Made by a program: the position numbers and the translations under genes. Source: Chrysomallon squamiferum (lineage: Eukaryota > Animalia > Mollusca). Taken from it: a stretch of 64,000 bases of DNA. Every line of letters starts with the position of its first letter. Position 1 is the first letter of the stretch. The stretch is taken from the NCBI GenBank assembly GCA_012295275.1, contig CM022672.1, forward strand, positions 34,348,001 to 34,412,000, in the 5' to 3' direction. Under the pieces are notes generated by a model that searched no databases, was not told where the DNA came from, and saw only the letters and a list, made by a program, of their open reading frames with translations. Below are positions 1-39,669 of this stretch, one piece after another.

Positions 1-60
1 TTTTCAGCTGCTGTGTATTTTTTTTATCATTTTTTTTATAATTTTTTCTTCCGACGTTAC

Positions 61-113
<53 letters not shown>

Positions 114-415
114 ATATTTGCAGGCAATAGCTACAAACATACTCAAAGAAGACACACACATACACATATAGACACAGGAATACCCAAACACACAGACACA
201 CGCACAGACACAAGAATTACACAAACACTCATAATGTGTAATTTTTGCTGTGAGTTCGGTCTTTATTCTTTCTTTTTTGAGGGGGTATAATTGAATTAAA
301 TTTAAAATTTTAAAAATTTACTGTTACTGTTCTTTAAATGACACTGTTTCTAAAAGCAGAATAGTTTGATAAAATAATAACTATATTCTGTTAACAGCCA
401 TTTCTAACTTTACAG

Positions 416-702
416 CGACAACTGTGACACCGGTACCAACAACAACAGCTACCAGGCCAGTAAACAAACGTATGTGAAACTTGATTTTTGTTTTAAACAA
501 ATAAGGAGCTAAAATTAAATCTGGAAAAAAAAGTCTTGATATAAAATGTTCGTTAGGAGTTAAATAGAGGAGTATTCGCTTTCATAACAAAATAAAGCCA
601 AGATGATCATGATGGTAATAATGATGATTTAATATTATGGCACTACTACTGCTACTATTACTACTGCTACTACTACTACTACTACTACTACTAGTACTAC
701 TG

Positions 703-735
<33 letters not shown>

Positions 736-1083
736 ATAATAATAATAATAAAATATTCTGACAATAATCTCAACATTACCACCGCAAATACAAAAACTAT
801 CACATTAACAGCAACAACAATGACAACAACAGCAGCAATACAACAACAACTACTACTACTACCAGCTAATTACTATTTTGATTTCACAGCTATCGACTGC
901 TATGAAAATAACCACAAACGGCGCTGCACTTCCGGTTACTGCCTGACTACCGTGATTGACAACGATGGGTTTAACAGAGCCGTAATAAAAAAGTAAATTT
1001 TCTTTATTTTAGAATTTTAAGACTTGAAACTACAGTATATCATGTTTAAATCTTTGTACGTTTAAAAAGTGTTGTCACTGAAA

Positions 1084-1114
<31 letters not shown>

Positions 1115-1217
1115 ATATTAAAAGAAAGAAAGAGAAAAGAGTGAAAAAAGAAAAGAAAAAAAAAACAAAGTAAAGAAACAAATATTGATGATGATGATGA
1201 TGATGATAATGATATAA

Positions 1218-1269
<52 letters not shown>

Positions 1270-1760
1270 GTAATAATAATAATATGTTTTACTTCATAGG
1301 AGAATCGCGAGAATCTACATACTTACAACTGTCAGAAGAAAAAAGAATCACAAATTCAAATATTAGTCTTTTTCTTGATATAATTTGATTCTGTTTTCTT
1401 TTTAACTGTTTCGTTCTCTCAGTATCTATAAGATAATGACGTTACGTCATTCAATTGTTGTGACGTAAATTCCGACGTTATTATTTACCGAATATTTAAC
1501 CGTTTAAACAGATGTTTCTCAAAGTAAATTTATGATTATAGACAAAACTAATGTTTCTCGAATTGCTCATTTATTTTAAGAAAAATATTAATGTCATGCT
1601 AGTTTTAATGTTTAATAAATGGCTAGAATGAGAATAACATTTTTATTTATTATTTGTTGTTTGTTTATTTATTCTTATTTATTTCTGCTTGTTTTTTGTT
1701 TATTTAATTTTTGTTTATTTATTTGCTATTATTTTTTAATTTTTGTTTATTTATTTGCTT

Positions 1761-1792
<32 letters not shown>

Positions 1793-2032
1793 TGTTTATT
1801 TATTTTGTTATTTATTTATTTATTTGTTTACAGATGTGTGGACAGACACGAGTGTTACACAAAATGGTGGCTGCAGACGTCAGATGATGACGTTTGTTTA
1901 GATCTCATGTCAAGGGGAGACAAACCTAGCGGACTTAACATCGTCTGTAGTTACTGTTGCCAGGACGACGAATGTAACAAAAATCTCTATCCTCCCCAAA
2001 ACACGCTGTTTAACGGCAGATTGTCTGAATAA
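416..2032 (+). CDS. Gene A (3' part only): Thr-rich linker plus terminal Ly6/uPAR (three-finger)-like domain; exons 416-469, 890-992, 1834-2032
   Basis: AG/GT-bounded exons with consistent phases give TTVTPVPTTTATRPVNK-PIDCYENNHKRRCTSGYCLTTVIDNDGFNRAVIKK-CVDRHECYTKWWLQTSDDDVCLDLMSRGDKPSGLNIVCSYCCQDDECNKNLYPPQNTLFNGRLSE*. CCxxxxCN is the LU-fold C-terminal signature. Exons and introns parallel gene B (5588-7175). The 5' exons lie upstream of the window. Confidence 0.85.
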
Positions 2033-2140
2033 AACGTATTTGAACTGTTGTAACGTTTTGACCTTATTTGCGAAGAAGAAGTAAGTATCATAAAGTTATT
2101 ACGTCATCACATTTAGTTATTATTAGGGTTCGAAAACCGG

Positions 2141-2198
<58 letters not shown>

Positions 2199-2199
2199 G

Positions 2200-2262
<63 letters not shown>

Positions 2263-2547
2263 TATAATTATTGTTATTATTATTATTTATAATGAAAACC
2301 TAAATGTATTCGCTAAACAAGCAACAAGAAAAACAAATATTTAAAATTATCTCTCACTGAAACAGAACACAAAAGCAGTGAATCTTACAAATGGCTTTGA
2401 CAAAGACATAAAACAATGTGTGAAATTCCAGATGTTTTTATCAAAGCGTACAAAACACTAGATTATGAGAAGTCTATCGTTGCCTTTCTGTTTTCTGTTT
2501 TCATTTTTATAATCTTATTTTTAGTAGGATCACACATCGATGAAAAC

Positions 2548-7175
<4,628 letters not shown>

Positions 7176-8813
7176 TAAACAGATTCTAAAACTTTTAGCC
7201 GTTTCACTTTTTAAAATCTTTGTTTGCTTAAAAAGTCATCTAAGTCTTTATTTGATAAGTGAATTATATTAATAAATTATTATACTTCCATACTGGTTTA
7301 GAACTTTGTAATCGAAATATAGGAAGAAATAAAGAATCAGAATTCATCAAAATGTTTTTGTAAAATGCAAACTGGTCATTCCTTTCAGTTAAAAAGGTTT
7401 AACTAGATTTTTTTTAGATTTGTGGGTTTAAATAAAAATGAATGAATAACTGGTGGATGTGTGTTTATTTATTAATTCACATACACCCCAAACCCCACAC
7501 ACATAGCAGTTATCTAATACTTTTTATTTAAATAAATCAAGAAAGCAGAAACATGTATATTTGTGGTCTGCAATGTATGTGTATGCATTATTTTTCTATT
7601 TGTATATATCTATATGTAAATGGTTTTGTTTGGTTTTGTTTTTTATTTTTTTTTTTTTTTTTTTTATGAATATGCCAGTTTGCAAATGCCTAAAATTTAT
7701 AAATTACCTCCCTTTAGAAGCAATATGTGACTCTTTTGTGACAATTACTGATATTGTAAAGATACATAAGTTTATCCTTGAGAAGATATTAAAGAAAATT
7801 CATAAAGATTCTATAAACAAAATATAAATAAATAAATACAAATAACAGAAACTTATTTATGATCTATATTTTTGTAAACTATCTTGTGATGGCCCCAAAC
7901 AATTAAGATTTTTGCTTAATGTTTTATTTTGTTCAGTTAGTAAATACATCATGTATCTACTAAATGTACATGATATAAACATAGTTTATATAACTCATAT
8001 ACATTTAGAATTTATAGACAGAATTACTAAACAAGCAGTTTCAAATGAGGCCTCGATATTTCACATCAAATCCTATACATTTAGAAAGATTATAAAAATA
8101 TTTATTTAAAAATATTTAAGCTTTATGTGTGGTCTTGTTTACATGAACATATATAACTCATATATATTTACAACTGAATTAAAACGATATTTAATAATAA
8201 GTTTTTAAATGGAGTTTCTCATCTTCCCAGCTTTGTACAGCCTTATTGTATCATCTTTTTTCTGTAAACTAGTGTTTTTGAATCAGGGTGGTTTATCAGC
8301 GAATGCAGGCATCTTTCGTTTATAACTTCTGTACAAAAGAATTCATTCCACGGAAATAGAGGCAATGCTGCAATTTCAGTTTTCATCAGACTAACTCCAC
8401 AACAACTGTCAGCTGGATTTTAATATTTAACTCAAGTGACAGTTAATAATTATGCTCATATGTTTCTGATTGTTATACGTACAGACACACACTCACTCAC
8501 AAAGAAACAGACACAGACATACACACTCACACACACACAACATACAGACACACACACAAACAGACACACGCACACACAAACAAACGCACACAACATTTAT
8601 CCTAGACTGAAATCAAAAAATATTCCTTCTTTATGTATTCTACAATATAAATCTTGAATCGATATTTTAATATATTGTTGATAGACAGCTAACATAAAAT
8701 TTTTCACAAATATACACCAAGTTTGACAAAAGGCCTATATATATATGTGTATATTTAATAAAAGACAAAACAGCTCTTCAGTTTATAAATATTTTTATTG
8801 AAAAATAAATCGT

Positions 8814-27576
<18,763 letters not shown>

Positions 27577-27795
27577 ACGATTCATCTTACAATGAAAATA
27601 TTTATAAACTAAACAGCTGTTATGTCTTTTATTATTGTTTTACGCCTTTGATCAAACTTGGTGTATATTTATGAAGAGTGTTATCCTCGCTGTCTATCAA
27701 CAGTGTTTTAAATATTGTTACAGACACTGACAACGAATGTTAACACAAAATACTGCCATATACATTACATACTTGAAATTCCAGAAGATTCACTC

Positions 27796-27872
<77 letters not shown>

Positions 27873-28008
27873 TGTGAGAGGATATATATATATAATATAT
27901 ATATATATATATTGTATTCATCCTTAAGGACTGCTGGTCTATTTTGAATATTTATATATATAGTTTTATTCCATCCCAAAAGTCCAAATTAGCCCTGCAA
28001 TGGAATGA

Positions 28009-28050
<42 letters not shown>

Positions 28051-28466
28051 TTTTATTATTATTATTATTTGAAACTTTTAGTTTAGTTGTGAATTGTATT
28101 CAAGAATGCTTACACGTAAATTTTCTCATCTAGCATTTTCAGCAATATAATTTTTTTGTGTGGGCCTAATTAAACTTTGGTTCCTCCATTAATACTTTTC
28201 TTTCTGTCGTTGTTGTTGGCGTTGTTAGCCTGTTCCTCTAGTTCTTATGTTATATACAAGAAATTTCTTATTTTATATATATTTATTTTAGTTAATTTTG
28301 TTTAGTTGTTTCTATTTTATTTTATTTTATTATTTTATTTTTGTCCTTTTTTAGACCAAAAAAACCTAATGATTATATTTTAGAGTTTGTTATTAACACA
28401 TTTTAAAATAAAATTTGGGTTTCCTGTAACATAAAATCAAAAATAAATATGGTCGTGTTTCTATAG

Positions 28467-28552
28467 AAACAAAAATATCTGATGACGTAGTTACATACAG
28501 AATGCTCGACAATGATGATTTAGCTCAAACGTTATTTCAGGCTTCTGTCAAG
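28467..28552 (+). other. Candidate 86-nt exon of unknown role (ETKISDDVVTYRMLDNDDLAQTLFQASVK); copies at 36065-36150, 42878-42963, 46179-46264
   Basis: tttctatAG acceptor and AAG/GTAAG donor are retained, and the frame is open in all four copies. Confidence 0.45.
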
Positions 28553-29105
28553 GTAAGATTGATTTTCTAATCGTTTAACTTTATTTTTTTTTTTTTTTTT
28601 TGTAGCAGAGTTATTAAGAAACACACAGACACACACATATATATCTAGATATATGCATGCATGCATGCATGTATGTCTGTACGTATCTATTAGAATATGT
28701 AAATATATACATACATACATACATAGAGATAAACATAGCGCAATTATTCGCAAAGACAAATTCCATTATCGTCTATGGGATCTTCACTCTTATGCATTAT
28801 TAACATTGGGAATAATTGTAAGTAAACAGTAAAACAGTCATCTTGACTTTTGAAAATCTGTTTAGTCTGTCACTTTATCTTCTTCCTAGTATTTTGTTTG
28901 CATGGAGATAGCTGTTTTTATTATTTTTTAGTAAACAATCGAGATCCGTTTTGTTCAGCATTTTGTTTTGATTACGGAAACGTTTAATACAACTGAACAT
29001 TTCAAGAGTTTGCACGAATCTTTGTACAAACGTGTTTTTTCGTTTTAACTGTAAAAGAAGCCCAAATTATTATGCTTTTTTTGTTCCTTCCAAATATGCA
29101 TATGC

Positions 29106-29462
<357 letters not shown>

Positions 29463-29733
29463 TGTGTGTATACATACATACATATATATTTAAATGTTTA
29501 GTTTATCAGTATGGTTATGTCTGCTTCAAAGAAATTATTTTATAATGATTAATAAATTAAATGGGAAGGGAGATATAATTCATTAAATTTTTATTAATTT
29601 TGTTAACTTCACGTCTGTAATTATAATTGTGATCTACACAGACATACACTCAGAAACACACACAATTACGCATAGATGTAGACACATACATACAGAGAGA
29701 GAGAAAGACCGACAGAGAGATAGATATAGATAT

Positions 29734-29844
<111 letters not shown>

Positions 29845-30534
29845 ATAAAATTTAATAAGTCCCAGGTTGTTTAGAAGATGTGTGTCGTCGTCGTTGTGGT
29901 TGTCACCATCACCAACGTTGTCACCAAAATAAAATTTCTTCTTATCTGCGTTAATCGTGGCTGCATTTTTTTTTTTTTTTTATGTCTTTCTGCTATTAGA
30001 TAATACCAAAATAGCAGAAGAAAAGAGGTCATGTTTCTATAGAAACAGAAAAAGAATGGATGACGTAGATAATACCAAAATAGCAGGAGAAAAGAGGTCA
30101 TGTTTCTATAGAAACAGAAAAAAAAAAATGGATGACGTAGATAATTGCAAAGTATAAATCTTTTACCTCAGACACAGATTGCATTTTGATCAACGTAAGA
30201 CAGTTTTTGAAATTATTTAATGTTATTTAACTTATATATACTTAGTATAGTTTCAGATCGTAACATACAAACGCTATGTATGTCTGTGTGTATTTGTGTT
30301 TCAAATCTAGTGGAAAAACGAAGCAATGATTCATTCTTATTCACAGGATTGTTTTTCAGACTTTAGCAATTTCTTTACTGTTGTGGTTGTTGTTATTATT
30401 ATTATTATTACCAAAGGTAACAGTGGCAGTGAAAGTATTCGTATTAGCGTTATCATTAGTAGTTGTTCTGGCATCTTTATTAGTCATAGTAGTAATAGTA
30501 CCTTACGTTATTTAAAATAGTCAGCGAAGAATAA

Positions 30535-30568
<34 letters not shown>

Positions 30569-30712
30569 AGATATAATAAATAAATAAATAAACAAATAAA
30601 TAAATAAATAAATAAATAAACAAACAAACAAATAAATAAATAAATAAATAAATAAATAAACAAACAAACAAATAAATAAATAAATAAATAAATAAATAAA
30701 CAAACAAACAAA

Positions 30713-30743
<31 letters not shown>

Positions 30744-30788
30744 ACAAACAAACAAATAAATAAATAAATAAACAAACAAACAAACAAA

Positions 30789-30859
<71 letters not shown>

Positions 30860-31018
30860 ACAACAAACAAACAAACAAACAAATAAATAAATAAATAAAT
30901 AAGAAATCATACGAAAGCAATTTAGGTTTAATGATGAACATAAAACTACTATGATTAATAATTACTACTAATGATAATACTAATACTAGTACTCTCACCA
31001 CTACTACTGCAACTTGTG

Positions 31019-31058
<40 letters not shown>

Positions 31059-31448
31059 TAAAGATGTTAAAAAATTCGTAATGACAATGTTATATAGAGT
31101 CAGTGAACTTTTCTTGTACTGATTACAAAATCCAATGTGAGAAAAAAATATAACCTTTCATTTGCGTGAAAAAAAAAAAAAAAAAAAAAAGGTTTTTTTT
31201 TTTTTTTTTAAATTAAATTTTAATATACATATTTATGAAATAAATTCACATTTTTACTATCGCTTTTTGGTCATCATTGGATCTAATGTTCTTTCATATC
31301 ATTTATTTATTTATTTATCTATTTATTATCTGTCTGTCTTTCTCTCTTTCCGTCCATCAACTTGTCTGTATCTTTCAATCTATATATATGTCTCTATCAC
31401 CATTTCTCCGTCTCTCAGTCAATTTATTTATTTATTTATTTATTTTAG

Positions 31449-31796
31449 ATGACTCGCAGAATATTCTTGCTCTTTGCACTGATCACCATGGTGACGCTGA
31501 TAAACGGGAACAAAAATTACTCCTGGCAAAAGAAGAACAAAAATGGCGGCGGTAACGAACGGGGACAGCCTCGACTTGATTTCGTTCAACACTTTTTAGG
31601 CCGACACAGCATGACGAACAAGGGACGCAACTCCAAGGAAACGGGACACGAGTTTGAAACGGGTGTTTTAAAACGAAGATCTGATTCGCCTGTTTTCGGG
31701 ATGCGTATTTTCCAGAGATTTGCGTCTTTCGGCAGCAAACTGTACCCGCCTCAGAGCGGAATGGAACAGAGATATAATCTGCTTCGCTTCAGCTGA
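31449..31796 (+). CDS. NKY: Secreted prepropeptide, NKY-1-like neuropeptide precursor, copy 1 (115 aa)
   Basis: ATG directly follows a polypyrimidine/AG acceptor. Signal peptide MTRRIFLLFALITMVTLING, KRR cleavage site, and a 38-aa C-terminal peptide with RFASFGSKLYP...LLRF. This resembles the RLASFGSRIEP...MRYamide of Platynereis NKY-1 as recalled; no search was run. Confidence 0.75.
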   Translation: MTRRIFLLFALITMVTLINGNKNYSWQKKNKNGGGNERGQPRLDFVQHFLGRHSMTNKGRNSKETGHEFETGVLKRRSDSPVFGMRIFQRFASFGSKLYPPQSGMEQRYNLLRFS

Positions 31797-32397
31797 AGTG
31801 TGTAATTATCTCCCTTCCTTGAAGCCCGCGTCAATGATCAAAATTATCGTACACTAAGAAAAACTTACAAAATATAACACAGATGACGCTGAAAGCAAAA
31901 CAAACTTTTCTGACAGCATCACTGAATGTCGAAGAACATCATCTACGTTTTCACAAATATCTTGAAATAGTTATATATTTATTAACTTGTCTTTATTTTT
32001 TAATGTTTCTCTGTAAATAAATGTCCTGTCTGCTATTCGTTCTTAGTTTATTTAACCTGTTTTTGCTCGAAACAAGTCTTATTCATTTCCTTTTTAAAAT
32101 TAAAGTATTATTATTTTTATTATTATCATTATTTTTGTTGTTGCTGTTTTATATTGCTTTGTTGATGTTCGTGCTGTTATTACAATTTTTTATGTATTTA
32201 TTATCACATACGAGTGTTTGATCGGTAAAGTGAAAATAAATATTTGTTATTAATTTACTTTTCTCTTCTCATTTTCTTTTTATATTAATACATACATACC
32301 TCCATCCATCCAAACATACATAGACACACACATACACACACATACACACACACACGCACACACACACACACACAAATACACACACAAGGTTGAACAG

Positions 32398-32560
32398 ATG
32401 GCCGTAAGGTAACATCGTCCAATTTAGAGGTGCGGGCGAATGGGTGTCAAACGTTCGAGTCTCGTCAGCGGCATCTGACGTGTTTTTGAGGTCGTGATTG
32501 GACTTTGTCTTTCTGCGCCAGTGCGTTCCCCAGTATTGTCGATGTGCAGAGTCTATTTAG
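32398..32560 (+). mobile_element. tRNA-derived SINE-like element (copies at ~38858-39000 and ~48747-48902)
   Basis: A-box-like TGGCCGTAAGG (32399-32409) and B-box GTTCGAGTC (32453-32461) with Pol III-type spacing, in a GC-rich ~160-bp island. No complete cloverleaf is evident. Confidence 0.6.
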
Positions 32561-33004
32561 ACGTACAGAAGTCAGATAATATTCAAATCCTCAAATACGG
32601 AAATATATACATCTATACATACATACATCTATATATATATATATATATATGTACTTACTTACTTATATACACATACACAGAACACACAAATACAAACGGT
32701 AATATTATAAATAAACACACAATCAAATATATGAGTAATTAAGTAAATAACTAAGTAAGACTGTATGTATGTAAACAAATAAAGAGATTTCACGTCATCT
32801 TATTGTTATTTGAACCACATGGCTCGTGTACGTTCTGTGTGCGTGCGTTTGTCTGTGTGTGTCTGTGTGTTTGTCTGTGTGTGTCTGTGTGTTTGTCTGT
32901 GTGTGTCTGTGTGTGCCTGTGTGTTTGTGTGTTTATTTGTTCATTGTTTAGTTTTAAAACGTTTCTCTATTTGAGGTGTGTGAGTCGTGCTGAGTGCTAC
33001 ACTC

Positions 33005-33047
<43 letters not shown>

Positions 33048-33134
33048 TTCTCTGTCTGTGTGTGTGTGTGTATGTGTGTGTGTTTGTGTGTTTATTTGTT
33101 CATTGTTTAGTTTTAAAACGTTTCTCTATTTGAG

Positions 33135-33330
33135 GTGTGTCAGTCGTGCAGAGTGCTACACAAAATGGTGGAAGACGACTTCCAAAGACGACTTCTGTTT
33201 AAAACTCACGTCCATGGGGGACGGCCCCAGTGGTAACAACACTCACTGTGAGTACTGTTGCCTTGGAGACGAGTATAACAAAGAACTGTTTCCTCTTAAC
33301 AACACTCTGTTTGATCCCAGAAAGGCTTGA
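33135..33330 (+). pseudogene. Orphan copy of gene C terminal exon with Cys>Tyr in the CN motif
   Basis: 196-nt exon ...CEYCCLGDEYNK...; no upstream LU exons; one truncated acceptor copy precedes it at ~32960-33000. Confidence 0.8.
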
Positions 33331-33665
33331 GTGATTCATTCTATGAAAGTATTTACAAATTAAACAGATTCTCTCTGTTTTATTAAACGCTTGTCTTCTT
33401 GTTACTGTTTTACGCCTTTGATCAAACTTGGAGTATATTTATGAAGAGTGTTATCCTCGCTGTCTATCAAAAGTGTTTTAAAATACCAGCTCAAGATTTA
33501 TCTAGAGTTTTAGATCTGTGGGCTCATTTATTTTGAAGCATAGATAAAGAAGGAATTGTTTTATTATTATTTCTCTACGGGATTTTTGTATGTATGGGTG
33601 TAGGTGATTCTGTGTTTCTGTTTGTATGTGTGCGTATTCGTCTGTGTTTGAGTGTCTGTCTGTGT

Positions 33666-33704
<39 letters not shown>

Positions 33705-34543
33705 TATTTGTGTATGTATGTGTGGGTAATTTGGTAAATAACTACACAGATAAAGAGAGAGGTAGCTAACTCATTCTCCCAATCGAAGTACAGCTGAATC
33801 AGTTACAGACTTTGATAACAAATGTTAACACAAAATACTGCCATATACATCACAGACCTGAAATTCCAGAAGATTCACTCTTTTATTTTCAGCTCTAAGC
33901 AATAGCGTCATTAGACTTTACATAAATCTGGCCAAGACTTTTATTTCAAATTAGGATCAAACAAAAAACATTTGTTTAGACAGCGAATTACACACCAGTG
34001 GTGATTGACAAAGACAGTTGCGAGACAGTGGTTGGAACTGGAAATGATATTATGTAACTTACATGGTTTACTTGTCTGTGTTATAATATTTTTTCTAAGA
34101 AATTTGCTTGAAAAAGAAAAGAAAGAATTAATCCGATGAAAGAGAAATTGAATTTCGTAAACTTCGAAGATAAAACGAAGTTTTTTTGTTCATCCTTAAA
34201 TCTAAGCTATCTATCTATATACATATCTGTCAGTTCAAAAATAAATGTTCACTGGACTGCTGGTCTATTTTAAATATTTGTTTGTCATGCAGTTTTTATA
34301 ATTATTATCCTCTGCTTTTCAGTCTTGTATTATGAAAGTAAATATTTAATACTGCAATGGAATAATTTATGAATTATCCATTGATACGATTTGGCATGAT
34401 CGTTTTCTTTCAAGTTATAAAGCTAATTACAAACACACACACACACATATTGTCTATATAAATAATTAAATCTGAGTATGTACATGTTTCATTTGACACT
34501 TTCTACGTGCGTAAAAACATCTGCAGTTGATGAGTTATTATAC

Positions 34544-34592
<49 letters not shown>

Positions 34593-34638
34593 TATTATTA
34601 TTATTATTATTATTAATATTATTATTATTCTCTAAATC

Positions 34639-35062
<424 letters not shown>

Positions 35063-35328
35063 CAAAGCTTTGTGTTCATCCTTATATCTAAGGTCTATAT
35101 ATATATATATATATCAATCCAGAAATATATTTTCCCTGGACTGCTGCTCTATTTTAAATATTTGTTTGTCATTCAGTTTCTATAATTAGCATTCTTTGGC
35201 TTTTCAGTTTTGTATTATGTAAGTAAATATTTTGTAAGTAAACGTTTAATACTGCAATGGAATAATTTATGAATTATCCATTGATACGATTTGGCATGAT
35301 TGTTTTCTTGTAAGTTATAAAGCTAATT

Positions 35329-35359
<31 letters not shown>

Positions 35360-35592
35360 CATACACACACACACACACACATACAGACACACACTCACAC
35401 ACACACACACATATTGTCTATATAAATAATTAAATCTGAGTATGTACAAGTTTCATTTGACAGTTTCTACGTGCGTAAAAACATCTACACTTGATGAGTT
35501 ATTATACTATTATTATTATTATTATTATTATTATTGTTATTATTATTATTATTATGATTATGATTATTATTATTATTATGATTATGATTATG

Positions 35593-35657
<65 letters not shown>

Positions 35658-36589
35658 GGAAACTTTTAGCTTAGTTGTGAATTGTATTGAAGAAAGCTTA
35701 CACATAAAGTTTGTCATCTAACATTTTCAGCAATGTAATTTTTTGGGGTGTGGGGCTAATTAAACTTTGGTTCCTCCATTAATACTTTTCTTTGTGTCGT
35801 TGTTGTTGGTGTTGTTAGTCTGCTACTCTAGTTCTTATGTTTTAACCAAGAAATTTATTATTTTATATATATCTATATATATTTTATTTTATTTTTTATT
35901 TTTTATTTATTTTTTATTTTTTTTTATATATATATATTTTTTTTTGTTGTCCTTCTTTATACCAAAAAAAAAGGATGATTATATTTTAGAATTTGTTATT
36001 AATACATTTTTTGTTTGTTTACTGTAACATAAAATCAAAAATAAATATGGTCGTGTTTCTATAGAAACAAAAATAACTGATGACGTAGTTACATACAGAA
36101 TGCTCGACAGTGATGATTTAGCTCAAACGTTATTTCAGGCTTCTGTCAAGGTAAGATTGCTTTTCAAATCGCCTGACATATTTTTTTGTAGAAGTTATTA
36201 AGAAACACACAGACATATATATATGTCTGTTCGTATGTATTAGAATGTGTACATACATACATACATACATACATAGAGATAAACATAGGGCAATTATTGG
36301 CAAAGACAAATTCCATTATCGTCGATGGGACCTTCACTCTTATGCATTATTAACATTAGGAATAATTGTAAGTAAACAGAAAAACAGTCATCTTGACTTT
36401 TGAAAATCTATTTAGTCTGTCACTTTATCTTCTTCCTAGTATTTTGTTTCCATGGAGATAGCTGTTATTATTATTTTTTAGTAAACAATCGAGATCCGTT
36501 TTGTTCAGCATTTTGTTCCAATTAAGAAAATGTTTCTGCATAAATTATTATGTTCTTTTTGTTCCTCTCAAATATGCATAAACATATAC

Positions 36590-36624
<35 letters not shown>

Positions 36625-36804
36625 TATATTTAAAAGTTCAGTTTATAATATGTTTATAATTGCATTATATGTAATATATCTGCTTCAAAGAAATTATTTT
36701 ATAATGATTAATAAATTAAATGGGAACGAAAATATGATTCCTTAAGTTTTTATTAATTTTGTTAACTTCACGTCTGTAATTATAATTATTATGTACACAC
36801 ACAA

Positions 36805-36951
<147 letters not shown>

Positions 36952-37483
36952 TTGAAGATGTTTGTCGTCTGGTTGTCATCAAAATTTAAAATGAAATTTC
37001 GTTATTATTTTTTTTTTTTTGTAATTCTTTCTCGCAAATGAAATGTTATTGTTTTTCTCACCTATAATTTGTAATCAGTACAGAATCAGTTCGCTGACTC
37101 GATCTACATAATGACAGCACATTAACCGATCACATAATGTCGGGCGACTGTTTTGCTATTTAAACTGTTAGCCACTCCTTGTATTGTAATTTATCTTTAA
37201 CTTTGTTCTTCTGGGACTATTTCAAATAAAGTAAGCTATTACTACTAATGATAATACTAATACTAGTACTCTCACCACTACTATTGCTACTTGTGATAAT
37301 AATAACAACAACCACAACAATAAATACAATGATAAAGGTTTAAAAACATTCGTAAGGAAAAACTGAAAAGAAATAAATAAAGTTAAAGAAAAGTGAAATT
37401 TTAAAATACATATTTATAAAAGAAATTCACATTTTTACCATCGCTTTATGTTCATCACTGGATCTAATTTTCTTTCATATCAT

Positions 37484-37518
<35 letters not shown>

Positions 37519-37532
37519 TTTGTTTATTTCAG

Positions 37533-37880
37533 ATGACTCGCAGAATATTCTTGCTCTTCGCACTGATCACCATGGTGACGCTGGTAAAAGGAAACAAAAA
37601 TTACTCCTGGCAGAAGACGAACAAAAATGGCGGAGGTAACGAACCGGGACAGCCTCGACTTGGTTTCGTTCACCACTTCTTAGGCCGACACAGCATGGCG
37701 AACAAGGGACGCAACTCCAAGGTAAAGGCACGCGACTTTGAAACGGGTGTTTTAAAACGAAGATCTGATTCGCCTGTTTTCGGGATGCGTATTTTCCGGA
37801 GATTTGCGTCTTTCGGCAGCAAACTGTACCCGCCTCAGAGCGGAATGGAACACAGATATAATCTGCTTCGCTTCAGCTGA
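37533..37880 (+). CDS. NKY: NKY-1-like neuropeptide precursor, copy 2 (115 aa)
   Basis: Intact paralog of 31449-31796 with 14 amino-acid differences. Confidence 0.75.
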   Translation: MTRRIFLLFALITMVTLVKGNKNYSWQKTNKNGGGNEPGQPRLGFVHHFLGRHSMANKGRNSKVKARDFETGVLKRRSDSPVFGMRIFRRFASFGSKLYPPQSGMEHRYNLLRFS

Positions 37881-38475
37881 AGTGTGTAATTATCTCCCTT
37901 CCTTGAAGCCCACGTCAATGATCAAAATTATTGTAAAAAAAAAAACTGACAAAATATAACACAGATGACTTTGAAAGCAAAACAAAGTTTTCTGACAAGA
38001 TCAGTGAATGTCGAAGAACATCATCTACGTTTTCATAAATATCTCGAAATAGTTATATATTTCTTTTTTCTTTCTTTCTTTTATTTATTTATTTATTTAT
38101 TATTTCTCAAATTCTGTAAATTAACATACACACACCTTTTTACTTTTTTAGTGTGCTTGTGTGTTTTCTGTTTAGTACATAAAATGAGGTATTTTTCTTT
38201 GGGCAAAGAACAAAAATCCTAAGACTTGGTTTGTGTTTAAAAATGCTCTACATTAAGTCGTCTTGATTTTTAATGTTTCTCTGTAAATAAATGTACTGTC
38301 TGCTATTCCTTCTTAGTTTCATTACCCTGTTTTTGCTCTTAACAAGTGTCTTTATCATTTCCTTTTTAAAATTAAATTATTATTATTTTATTATTATCAT
38401 TATTTTTGTTGTTGCTTTTTTGAATATTGGTGTGTTGATGCTCTTGTTATTACAATTTTTATTTATTTATATGAA

Positions 38476-38552
<77 letters not shown>

Positions 38553-38782
38553 ACAGAACAGATTAAACGATTAAAACAGCAACTTTACTATACAGAATGT
38601 TTTAACATACGTTTCAGCAACACATTATTTAATAGCTGTCTGTCACATACGAGTGTTTGATCTGTAAAGTGAAAATAAATATTTGTTATTAATTTACTTT
38701 TGTCTTCTCATTTTCTTTTTATATTTATACATACATACCTCCATCCATCCATACATGCATAGACATACGTACGGTATATGTA

Positions 38783-38813
<31 letters not shown>

Positions 38814-39253
38814 TCAGACACACAGAAATTTGAACTATTGGCCGTAAGGTAACATCGTCCAATTTAGAGGTGCGGGCGAATGGGTGTCAAACGTTCGAGT
38901 CTCGTCAGCGACATCTGACAGGTTTGTGAGGTCGTGATTGGACTTTGTCCTCCTGCGCCAGTTCGTTCCCGAATATGATCTGTGTGCAGTCTTTTCAGAC
39001 GTACATAAAACAGAGAATATTCAAATCCTAAAATACATAAATATATACATCCGCACATATGTATGTACGTACTTAGTTACATACACATACACACAACACA
39101 TAAATACAAAAGGTAATATTATAAATAAATACATAATTCAATAAAAGAGTAATTAAGTAAATAACTAAGTAAGACTATATGTATGTAAATAAATAAAGAG
39201 ATTTCACCTCATCGTATTGTTGTTTGAACAACATAGCTCGTGTACGTTCTCTC

Positions 39254-39311
<58 letters not shown>

Positions 39312-39520
39312 TGTTTGTGTGTGTGTGTTTGTGTCTGTGTGTGTTTGTGTGTGTGTGTGTTTGTGTCTGTGTGTGTGTTTGTGTCTGTGTGTGTGTGTTT
39401 GTGTCTGTGTGTGTGTTTGTGTCTGTGTCTGTGTGTGTGTGTTTGTGTCTGTGTGTGTGTGTTTGTGTCTGTGTGTGTGTGTTTGTGTCTGTGTGTGTGT
39501 TTGTGTGTGTGTGTGTGTTT

Positions 39521-39557
<37 letters not shown>

Positions 39558-39632
39558 TGTGTGTGTGTGTGTGTGTGTGTATGTGTGTGTGTGTGTTTGT
39601 GTCTGTGTGTGTGTTTGTGTCTGTGTGTGTTT

Positions 39633-39669
<37 letters not shown>

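Noticed and set aside
38864-39058. Minus-strand ORF ending LTRLERLTPIRPHL, or a true tRNA gene
   Set aside because: It is the antisense reading of the SINE-like A/B-box element; the copies are degenerate and no cloverleaf is apparent.
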